Shown: positions 1 through 9,802 of the stretch, in pieces | Position numbering within the stretch: position 1 is the stretch's first letter | Layout: the number at the start of each line of letters is the position of its first letter | Assembly (NCBI GenBank): GCA_973895155.1 | Contig: OZ316893.1 | Coordinates: 24,727,520 to 24,791,519, forward strand | Length of the DNA stretch: 64,000 nucleotides | Direction: 5' to 3' | Source of the DNA: Marsupella aquatica | Lineage: Eukaryota > Plantae > Marchantiophyta | Made by a program: the position numbers and the translations under genes | Notes under the pieces: generated by a model | Told to the model about the DNA's origin: nothing | The model's database searches: none | Seen by the model: only the letters and a program-made list of their open reading frames with translations

Positions 1-2
1 CT

Positions 3-1050
3 TTGGTGGCTGCATTGCGCAAATTTGAGGATCTTGGGCAGCACAATGGCCAACCAATAGCCCCAATCTTGAGCGCAGCAATTCCATGGACTCCTGCTCC
101 GGATGGCCTTACATTGCTTGAGCTTTTTGGTGGCATTTCTACAGGCCTGGAAGCTCTCCTACAGTCTGGCATGGTGGTGAAGCAGTACATCTATGTGCAT
201 ATTGATCCAGGTGCAAAGCAAGTGGCTGAATCCCGTCTGCTGGAATTTTCAGAGCAATTTCCTTAGCAGTTTCCACACAATGCATGGAAGTCTGCATTTT
301 CTTTCTTTCCTCCAGATATCCAGCTTGTCCAGCACCGGCACTTAACCCTTTTTGGCTCCCTTGATTTGATCATAGCTGGTTGGGAATGCCAAGGGTTTTC
401 AGTTGTTGGTCACGGTGCTGGACTGCATGATTCTCGTTCTGGCCTTTTCACAGCATTGGTTCAGATTCTCACCTGGGCTCAATCCCTTTATCCTGCTGTT
501 GATTATATCATTGAGAATACTCCATCTCAGTTTGACCAGCGCCCATAGGTCAAAGAGGATTTCAGTGTGGTCCAGCACTACTTGGGACCACCCCTTCTCA
601 TTGATGCAGTGCACTGTGGTTCTTATGCACATCGTCTTCGTAACTTTTGGACTAACCTTGCACCACCTTCCTTGTTGGAGTTAGCTCTTCATCACACATC
701 CAGGGACACTAACCTCATAGTGGACCAGATTTTGGATCCTGACAGTTCTTGCCAACCGGTTACACGGCAAGAGCCAGCACCTTGGTATCCAGCTAATACC
801 ATTGGACAACCCCGTGCTGCTTGGCCTACATTTGTGTCCTTTCCAGGTGTACATGCTTTTCAGGGTGATGGTCCTGGCCTGGTTTATCGACATTCTACCG
901 GTACATGGGATGAACCTAGTCCTGAGGAGAGAGAACGGGCTATGGGCTTCCAACCCGGTACTACAGGTCACACCAAAATCACCAGGCTAGCCAGGAATGC
1001 TTTACTTGGCAGGGTAATGGATCTTAATGCTCTCACTTGGCTTCTGGTCA
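3..1050 (+). pseudogene. DNMT3-like C5 cytosine DNA methyltransferase domain of the gypsy polyprotein (two premature TAG stops)
   Basis: One frame (ORFs at 3, 366, 567) gives motif I LELFGGISTG, motif IV DLIIAGWECQGFS, motif VI YIIENT, motif VIII AHRLRNFWTNL and motifs IX/X EERERAMGF..RLARNALLGRVMD. TAG stops at 264-266 and 546-548. Confidence 0.88.
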
Positions 1051-1389
1051 CTTGCATCCTTTTTCAGATGTACATTCATCCAGCATCAAGAGTTCCAGCC
1101 CTACCACTCCATGGTGCTGCTACATGGCATCCAGACCAGGTGCACTTACCTCTGTCCAACACTCACCACTTCAGTCCAAGTGTTGGGGGGGAGGAGGTCC
1201 CTTGTAATGTGGTTGACATTATTTCTGAGTTTCATGGTGTGGATCAGACCAGAGCAACAGATACAGCAGGCCTTGGAGAGGCCTCATCACCTTATCAGCA
1301 GCATGCTAGCAGCTTGGACAGTGGAGAGTCTGGCACTTCTGGCTCTTCAAGCACGAGTACATCAGGTCCTATTCCTAGTGTTGCCAACT

Positions 1390-2800
1390 ACACATTCATC
1401 ATGGGCAACCACTTGAGTAAAAGACAGAAGGACCAGCTGCTGAATTTGCTCCTCAAGCATGAGAATGTGTTTGCTTTCTCTATGAAGGACTTGGGTAAGT
1501 GCAAGACTATGCAGTTCTCCATTGAGTTGGCTGATGAAACACCTATCTTCAGGCGGAGACACCGTTTGAGTAAGCATGAGTGGCAGCTGGTGGATAAGAG
1601 ATGCCAAGAGCTCTATGAAGCTGGTCTTATTCAGCCCTCTACATCAGATTTTGCAGCAGCTATAGTGATGCCAACAAAGAAGGATTCCAGTGGATTGTGG
1701 ACAGAGAAGCGCATGTGTGGGGACTACAGGCCATTGAACCTGGTCACACCCCAGGACAGGTACCCCATGCCACGGCCAGAGGAGCTATTTGACAGCATTG
1801 GAGACTCAAACATCTTCACTCTTGTGGATCTAAGGCAAGGCTTTAACCAGATGTTGCTGCTTGCAAAGGACCGCAAGAAAATAGCTTTCCATGGTAGTAA
1901 CCAACTATGGGAGTGGTTGGTGATGCCATTTGGCTTGAAGAATGCGCCCATATTCTTTCAAAGAGTCATGGACCAGGTTCTTCAAGGTGCTGAGTTCTGA
2001 AATGCTACATTGATGATGTGTTGGTCCACAGCAAAGGATTTGACCAGCATCTACTTGACCTGGAGGAGCTATTCATGAGGCTTAAGAAGGTGAACCTAAA
2101 GATACACCCCAAGAAGTGTGAATTTGCTGTCAGATCAGTAGTATACCTTGGGCATTGCATTCTTCCAAATGGAACCATGGCTCACTGGGCCAAGGTGGTA
2201 TCCATCTTGGAAATGCCCACTCCGACTGATGTTCACACTCTTAGGAGCTTTATTGGGTTGTGCAATTACTACCGGATCTACATCAAAGATTTTAGTACCA
2301 TTGCACATCCATTGTACTCTTTGTTGAAAAAGAATGTGACTTGGACATGGAGTACAGATGCTGAGGCAGCATTTGCAACTTTGAAGGAGAAGCTCTCAGA
2401 ATACCCGGTGCTGAGAAGACCTGATTTCAGCAAGGTCTTTGTGCTACACACAGATTGGAGTGCCCTTGGGATTGGTGCCATTCTGGGCCAGCATGATGAG
2501 GAAGGTAAAGAGTACGTCATTGCCTATGCATCCAGGAGCAACAATCAGGCAGAGAGTCATTATTCTTCTTATGAGGGTGAATGCCTTGCTGTTGTGTGGG
2601 CTGTCATACATTACAGGCCCTACCTCTATGGGACTAGGTTTACTCTCTACACCGACCACCAGCCCTTGAAGTGGTTGATGACTAACGACAAGCTTACTGG
2701 CAAGCTTGCTCGTTGGGCACTCATCCTCCAGGAGTATGACTTTGAGGTAATTCATAGGCCTGGTTTGACACATCAGAATTCTGACACTATGTCCCACAGC
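1390..2800 (+). pseudogene. gypsy reverse transcriptase-RNase H (frameshift near 1995)
   Basis: ORFs 567..2000 and 2018..2956. The YIDD motif is reached by a frameshift at GAGTTCTGAAATGCTACATTGATGAT. Confidence 0.92.
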
Positions 2801-2892
2801 CCTTTGATTACCTCTGATGATTCCTCAGATGCACGGCAAGATTTTGACCAGGTTTCCATCCTGCCTACATTCATGCATCGACCTATCTTGCT

Positions 2893-4377
2893 TTGCTGCC
2901 ATGCTATGTTGTTGACCAACCTGTGGTGGACATATGGGAGGACAGCGACACTCTGAGATTTCTGCAGCATGGGGAGTACCCCACACATGTTACTACTGCC
3001 CAGAGAGACCGAATTCAGCAAAGGTCCAAGCGCTACTTGTGGAAGGGAGATCATCTCGTGCGCTCCTTGCCAGACAAGGAAGTGGTGGTTCCACCCATTC
3101 ATGAGAGGGTTGGCCTTATTCGTAAGGTACATTCTGAGCTTGGTCATTTTGGCGTTAAGAGGACTTACAGCCTCTTGGTCCCTCATTATCATTGGAGAGG
3201 CATGCATGGCCAGGTTCGAGATGTTATTGCCCGGTGTGAGCAGTGTGATAGGGTAAGGACTTCTTTCACGTCTCGGCAACCCACACTTCACCCACTCCCT
3301 ATTCAGGGCATGTTTTATTGTTGGTCATGTGATTTGGCTAGAGAATTACCCCTCACATCTCGGGGTAATCTCTACATCATGATCATGATAGAGCATTTCT
3401 CCAAGTGGATAGAACTTGTGGCATTGCCAGATAAGACCTCCCGTAGCACCAGCCAGGCATTCCTACAACAAGTTCTCAGCCGCTTTGGAGCTTGTGCAGA
3501 ATGTCTCACTGACCAGGGCTCAGAGTTTAGAGGAGAGTTCCAGGAGCTGCTTGATCAGGCCCTCATTGATCATCGCCGGACATCACGAGATCACCCACAG
3601 GCAGATGGCTTGGCAGAGCGCATGGTTCAGACATGCAAGAAGGGCCTCCGGAATATCTGCCTCACCAAAAACAAGGAGGATTGGGACCTGGCCTTACCCT
3701 ACATTGCCATGGGGTATAGGATGTCCAGACATGCATCATTGTCTAACTTTTCTCCCTACTTCTTGTTGTTTGGTCGTCACCCAGTTCCACCTTCTGCTAT
3801 TGCTGCTCACATGCTTCAGGTGGTGGACTTGGATTCAGCTGTGACTTGGTCTGATGTGATCTCTGAGAGGGCTGCCCTATTTAGGAGGGTTATGCCCATG
3901 GCCATGGAGAATTTGGCCATTGCACAGCACAGGGACACACTGCGTTATGCACACACACGAGGGGGCACTTTTCAGCCCAAGGTCAGGAAGTTTGATGTGG
4001 GAGATTTTGTGTACTTACAGCGGCAAGCTAACGACACCCTGGACACCTCTACCAGTCATACTATTCTCAGGGTTAAAGCTATTCGACCGTCTGGAGTGCT
4101 AGAGTTACAAGGGGCAGATGGGCGCACAATTGCTGACAATGCCAAGAATTGCGCCCCTTGTCATCTGCCTAACCTAGATCCCACCATTGTGACTTCTACT
4201 TGGATTCCACCTGTGGACTACCCTTGCAAGGTGTGTTTGCGAATTGATGATGCTGACCAGATGCTGCTGTGTGACAATTGCAATGGAGGATACCATCTTT
4301 TCTGCCTTCGGCCTGAACTTACCCAGGTGCCAGAAGGGTTATGGTTTTGCCCTTCTTGTGCTCCACGTGCTACCTGA
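2893..4377 (+). CDS. gypsy integrase with C-terminal PHD finger (4225-4359)
   Basis: HSELGH..CEQC zinc motif and DDE (SCDLA, LTDQGSEF, GLAERMVQ). C4HC3 finger CKVC..MLLCDNCNGGYHLFC..VPEGLWFCPSC. Confidence 0.92.
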   Translation: MLPCYVVDQPVVDIWEDSDTLRFLQHGEYPTHVTTAQRDRIQQRSKRYLWKGDHLVRSLPDKEVVVPPIHERVGLIRKVHSELGHFGVKRTYSLLVPHYHWRGMHGQVRDVIARCEQCDRVRTSFTSRQPTLHPLPIQGMFYCWSCDLARELPLTSRGNLYIMIMIEHFSKWIELVALPDKTSRSTSQAFLQQVLSRFGACAECLTDQGSEFRGEFQELLDQALIDHRRTSRDHPQADGLAERMVQTCKKGLRNICLTKNKEDWDLALPYIAMGYRMSRHASLSNFSPYFLLFGRHPVPPSAIAAHMLQVVDLDSAVTWSDVISERAALFRRVMPMAMENLAIAQHRDTLRYAHTRGGTFQPKVRKFDVGDFVYLQRQANDTLDTSTSHTILRVKAIRPSGVLELQGADGRTIADNAKNCAPCHLPNLDPTIVTSTWIPPVDYPCKVCLRIDDADQMLLCDNCNGGYHLFCLRPELTQVPEGLWFCPSCAPRAT

Positions 4378-4415
4378 ATTTTCTTCAGCCCTCCTTTTGG
4401 CTGTGGTCTGGGGGG

Positions 4416-5127
4416 ATACAGAGGTTTACACCTCCACTACGTACATACCACTTCATTTGCTTTTTCTTGGCACTTGTGAATGTGATTGGACTTTTTCTAT
4501 GCATGTTGGTTGCTAGCAGCTTGCACATATGCCTTGCCAGTGACTTGTATGTTTTCAATACACTATGGCTACGATACTATATGTCACGACAGCTGTCATG
4601 CCGAGGGACAGTGCCTCTTATGCACATTGGCATGTCCCTCGCCTGCCCGCTAGGTATGTAGTTAGGGCTAGTGTACTACCTGAGTTAGCGACATGTTCTT
4701 GTAGCAAGTCTGGGCCGTTCTTGAAGCAAATGTGCTTGTTAGTGTGACGCCAGGACTTTGCTTGCTTAGGGCATGTCTTTCTTTGTGGGTTTTCAGTTCT
4801 TCTTGAATCGATGTCGACAGAGCTCAGACAGTGCTCGTCGGTTCCGTACACGGGATTCACACAGTGATTCGTTAGATGCTCCCGGCCGATCTTGGCATCC
4901 CGCCGGTTTTCGATTCGATTTCAATACACTTGTTTCTATCACGCCTTTTATATACAGAGGTTTACACCTCCACTACGTACATACCACTTCATTTGCTTTT
5001 TCTTGGCACTTGTGAATGTGATTGGACTTTTTCTATGCATGTTGGTTGCTAGCAGCTTGCACATATGCCTTGCCGGTGACTTGTATGTTTTTGATACACT
5101 ATGGCTACGATACTATATGTCACGACA
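4416..5127 (+). repeat. 176-bp direct repeat (4416-4591 and 4952-5127); putative 3' LTR 4594-5127
   Basis: Near-identical copies ATACAGAGGTTTACACC...TATGTCACGACA. The putative LTR starts TGTCATG and ends CACGACA. Confidence 0.8.
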
Positions 5128-5530
5128 AAACCAAAATCAAGCCCCTACCCTAAACCCTAACCCAAACTTCTCAATTACAACCTTACCCAAACCCCTACCT
5201 TAGACCCTAACTTAAAGCCCTCTATTAAAACCATGTCCCCAAACTGAAATATGTATAGAGCAAAAAATATGAAATCAGTGAAAAGTCAAACCCAACCCTT
5301 ACATTAAAACCTAAACCCAAATTAACCCCTTCAATTGAAACACAACCCTCCCTAAACTAAACCCTTTCTAAATCCAAACCCCAAATTAAAACTCAAACCC
5401 TTTGTTAAATTAGAACCCAATTAAGATTCAAAAACAAAAACACAAAGCCCAACTACAACCTAAAATCCTCTTCTTCAAACTAATTGGCCATTCACAAATC
5501 CATGTTGAATTAAAAGGGTTTAAATAGGCC
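5128..5530. repeat. degenerate telomere-like C/A-rich tract
   Basis: CCCTAAACCCTAACCC, AACCCT and AAACCC motifs with strong strand bias. Confidence 0.55.
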
Positions 5531-5937
5531 ATACCCTTGTAAAGCCGTTTAAACACCTGGGATAGTTTCCCACCCTAAACCAAGATCACCTGCCTCGCAA
5601 ATTGCTTCACAAATTAGAGATACATTTTGCGAACCTCCCGGTCGGGTTCGCAACATCTTCGCAAATACAGAGGCCGAGAGCAATTTTGGGCGTTTCTGCG
5701 GGTTGCGATGGATTAGCGAGGGTATGTTCTTCACAAAAGTATCGCAAGTTGCGAGACCGTTTGCGAAGGTAATAGGGTGGCAGTTTGTGATGCGAATGTG
5801 ATCGCAAAGAGGTGTTTTTTGAAATGCGTAAGTATCGGCGGGAGCTCGCGTCGAGCTCATTCCTTGTTTGATCGGGAGAGCGAGAGGAGAAGGGGCCGCG
5901 GGGAGAAGATTGAGAGAGACCTGAGAGGGATTGAGCT

Positions 5938-7990
5938 ATGGCTACCGGTGGGAGTGGAGAGCACGGTGGGAGTGGAGGACATGGTGCTGGTGGTAGTGGC
6001 AATGGGGCAAATCAGGAGAAGCAACATAATGCATGGAGCGACTTAGTAGCCCAACATCTCAGTGCTGCACAGTTGGGTGAAGTAAATTTGAATACTCCAG
6101 CAGGGCTTGCCTCCTTGAGTGCCATTTTAGGCCAGGTTTTGCAAACAGGAATTGTGGCAGGGCAAGCTACTAGAGACGAGGAAGAGAGGGTCGCAGCTGA
6201 GGAGAAGGCTAGAGAGAAAAGAAGGAAGAGGGAGGAGAGGGCTAAGTTGGGAGTTGCCTCTCCTCAAGCCATAGAAAAACAGAAGAGAAGAGAGGAGAGG
6301 GATGCAATTTGAAAACAACGAGATGAGCAACGTCAGAAAGAGGATGCAAGGAAAAAGCTTCCATTCATTGCCTTGGAGACAACTGGGACTCCAACTAAGC
6401 TAGCCTATGCAGGGGCTAAGAGCACCATCAAACAGATCATCACAAGCAATTTCTCACGAGGCATGCAATGGGGAAAGGTTGAGAAGGCAGAGCGAAAGAG
6501 AGTGATGAATCAGATCAAGGATGCATTTCGTAATGGAGCTGACATAGATGAGCAATGGTTGGCAGACAAAATTTCTAATTCCATGTCTCAAATGAGATAC
6601 CATGATAGGATGAAGATTAGAGCCCACCTGAGAGACTTGAGATCGTACAGGAATTTGCGCAGGCCCCTCCAATTCACTGAGGACATCTGGAATGCATTTT
6701 ACAAGATTGAGGTGCAAATCAAAGCAGCTCGCGAGTTGGAACAGTGGAAGGATACACTAGCTCGATCCCTGAAAGCAAAGGAGACCGGGAAGCTCCCCCT
6801 TGACCATGACCTGAAGGGACTTGAGCAAAAAATAGCTGATGTGCAAAAGGTGGTCGACGAAGAAGGAAGACCACCCAAACGTTTCATGGATGCAGCCAAG
6901 CGAGTGAAAGCCACCCCCAATCCAGTCCACAAGCTGGGTCAAGGCGGGCTCCTCGGTCTCAAGGCCCACTTTGTGAGTGTCTCCTCTCCTCCCTAAGCTC
7001 TTTCCTCCTTACTTTCTCAGTTGAGGTAATGCAAGTGAATGGAATGTCATGAATGTCCATGCTCTCATGTGCTTGCTTGTGCACTATTTTAGGTCACGAT
7101 TGACACTTAGAAATTTGCACATATTTAAAAACCTCTCGGGATCACAGTTTGAAATCCCATTGCGATGCGTATCCATTTGCAAGAGCCTCGCAAACTCTAT
7201 TATGCACTTTTTTCTTTTTGGATTTTCTGATGCTGTTGCGAAGGTACGCGCATCGCAAAAGCCATCGCAATGCCTTCGCAAAAATTAGGGCTTTGCATTT
7301 TGTGAACACATCAGCTTCGCAAATGTGAATTTGAGTTGTTTTCAAAGTAGTTTAACTTTTCTAGGCCTAAGGCCTCTTGCATTGTGAATTTTGGTTTAGC
7401 CTATGGGTTTAATTTTTGGTTTTATGGTGCATGGCAGTACCGAAAATATAAGAGGAAGATATCCAAGAAACATATTGAGATAGGGATGGAGCATGGGAGA
7501 AAGTACCTCTTTCAGATGGTGGATGCCGAGTTGGCTATTGTAAGTATCTAGGTGTTCAAGGTTTAATTAATTGTGATGCCAACATTGTGGATGACCCTTT
7601 TTAATTTGTAGAAACTGATTAAGTGTACGGATGTAGGATTTGGATGAGCCTGAGGGGTCGGGTGCTGACGCAAGTAGTAGTGATGATGAGGATGAGGGGG
7701 CTACTCCTCTTACCAGTGGTTCTAGGGAGAGGGGCAGTAGCCGGGAGGTAGGTTCATCCCATCGCGGTAGTGGTAGTAGTTGTGCATCGTCAAGACAGGT
7801 TGATGATGAGGGGGAGCAGGAGGGAGGTGACGAGGAGGAGGATGGGCATGAGGAGGAGGAGGAGCAAGAGGAGCAGCAGCGCCAAAAGGCACCACGCACC
7901 CGTCAGCACCAGGCTGTACATCCACAGAAGGATAAGGGCAAGAAGCCGGCAAAGAAGCCGACAAAGCGGGGTCGGAAGAGTCCATTTTAG
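5938..7990 (+). pseudogene. CACTA accessory (TnpA/Ptta-like) spliced gene, premature TGA at 6310
   Basis: ORFs 5938..6312 and 6373..6996 are in frame across one TGA. HKLGQGGL motif before a GTGAGT donor (~6973). Further exons ~7438-7539 and ~7638-7990 (acidic/basic tail). Confidence 0.55.
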
Positions 7991-9518
7991 TTAGCTTGTA
8001 GAATCTCATGACCGGGCTCATGAGATACATGTCACTGACTAGCCGTGTTGGAGCTTAGCTAGGATAGCATATGTTGAGTAGGGTGACTTGGCATCAGATA
8101 TGCCACCCCTCTTGTGTATTGGGTTCCTTAATTCAAGCTCTAACATTTTGGTATATCCACCTATATACTTGCATGGATCTTATAAAAAACATTTGCCTTC
8201 CACATTGGGTCCACTGCCAAGAGAAATCCCTCGCAAAACATTGATTGAAAGTGAGTCGTGTTCCCATGAAAGTGCAAACCCATTGCGAACGTGGATAACT
8301 AGGAAATACTGAAATGACTCGGATCGCTATTATAGAACCAAGTAACATCACAAGTTGCGAAGTCAAACGGTTCACAACTTCTGGCCTAAACCAACTCACA
8401 AGTTCCGATCCAATTTAGATCGGAAGTCCCCATCAAATTTATTTCGCATAAGAGTGATCTTATAAGGCTCGCTAGTTGCCAACCCCACGACATCGCAAAT
8501 ATTGAACTCATTCCCATCACAAACACGTAGCGAACCTTCCAGCTTCACAAAAACCAACGTCAGTAACAAAGGACCGTGCGGCATAATGCGAAGCGTCTGC
8601 AACAATTTTGAACTCGCAAGTGTTCGACAAGTTGCGAGGGAATTCGGTTGGGAAATTGTCATGGTGTTGCGATGGCGTTGCGATGGTCCGCGTGCGAAGG
8701 TTTTAACTTCACAATTTGGGATGGTGTAGCGATGCGTGTTAGTTCGCAAGTTCCGGAATTCTGTTTATCGGGCCTTTGTTGATTGCGATGTGTATGGGTT
8801 CGCAAAAGGGGCCGATAGTGTAGTAGTGTCTAAAAGAAAATGAAGCCATTTTTTTTGTCTCTGCAAGAAGTAGTGCAAGGCTGTCGTCCTTCCATGTAAT
8901 TGTGTCATGTTTTTGCCGGTGTTTGGATGGGGAATATTCTATTTTGCAAATGAATAGTGACAGGGCACTCAAGGAGGTAGTGTAATCTTCATTGAGTCAT
9001 TTCTGAAAAAACTGGTGTCATAAATACCAATGACTACAAGTAGGGTCATTAAATCTGTCATATGGGCTGTCACACAAGTCAAATGACTGGAGTTGTGGTC
9101 ATTTGAGGGGTCCTGTGACGGAGTCCCGCCACGGTAAGTCACCATTAGTGTCACCAGCAAGACACTTGTAAATAAATAAGCCCATAGATGCGAGTTTTTT
9201 TTAATGTTCTTTAAGTTTGTAAAGTTTTTTAATGCATCTCGGGATAGTCGGAGACCCCAACAGTTTTGTCTAGACCCGGGTTAATTATGGGGCGAGCGAG
9301 CCCTGCATAGGGCCGCGAGCCGCCAGGGAGCTACTAGGTGCGAGGGCGCGAGCTGCGGGTGGAGGGGGAAATTAAAACCCCCTTAGAGGGCTCCGCGAGT
9401 GATCGGGCAGGGGGGCCGCGAGCCCGCGAGGACGCGAGCTGCGAGGAAGGGGGACTCCCGCGAGTCGGGTGTTGTGCGCATAAACATCGCTACACAATAG
9501 AGTTTTGGTGGGGAGACA

Positions 9519-9802
9519 CCCACAGGCCACGGCTTGTAGCCAATTCATCTTGGTTGCATGGGTAGTCACCCACAGCCCACGGCCTGTGGCTGATTCATCT
9601 TGGTTGGGTGGGTTGGCACCCACAGCCCACGGCCTGTGGCCTCTTGCAGTTTGGTTGCGTGGGTAGTCACCCACAGCCCACGGCCTGTGGCTGATTCATC
9701 TTGGTTGTGTGGGTTGGCACCCACAGCCCACGGCCTGTGGCCTCTTGCAGTTTGGTTGCATGGGTAGTCACCCACAGCCCACGGCCTGTGGCTGATTCAT
9801 CT
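9519..9802. repeat. tandem repeat, ~101-bp period built from CACCCACAGCCCACGGCCTGTGG subunits
   Basis: Units start at about 9566, 9667 and 9768. Confidence 0.9.

Larger units (their letters stand above)
1..5127 (+). mobile_element. Ty3/gypsy LTR retrotransposon (5' part outside window), order C5-MTase - RT - RNaseH - integrase - PHD, then 3' terminal repeat region
   Basis: RT motifs RMCGDYRPLN, VDLRQGFNQ, VMPFGLKNAP, YIDD. RNaseH LHTDWSALGIGAIL..YEGECLAVVWAV..TDHQPL. Integrase HHCC and DDE lie after RH (gypsy order). Ends ...TGTCACGACA at 5127. Confidence 0.93.
5128..8828 (+). mobile_element. right portion of a CACTA (En/Spm) DNA transposon
   Basis: Terminus ...TAGTGTAGTAGTG at 8828 (reverse complement CACTACTACACTA). 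Dense TTGCGA/TCGCAA motifs at 5590-5830, 7160-7320 and 8230-8810. Spliced TnpA-like gene inside. Left end not in window. Confidence 0.7.

Noticed and set aside
3-1050. Bacterial restriction-modification MTase or host DNMT3/DRM gene
   Set aside because: Intronless and in frame with gypsy RT, motifs are not permuted as in DRM, and there is no restriction gene nearby.
8868-8876. Second CACTA-like terminus (GAAGTAGTG)
   Set aside because: No partner end or adjacent motif array. The 8828 terminus fits better.
9519-9802. CRISPR-like repeat/spacer appearance
   Set aside because: The linkers are themselves repeated, there are no cas genes, and the context is eukaryotic.
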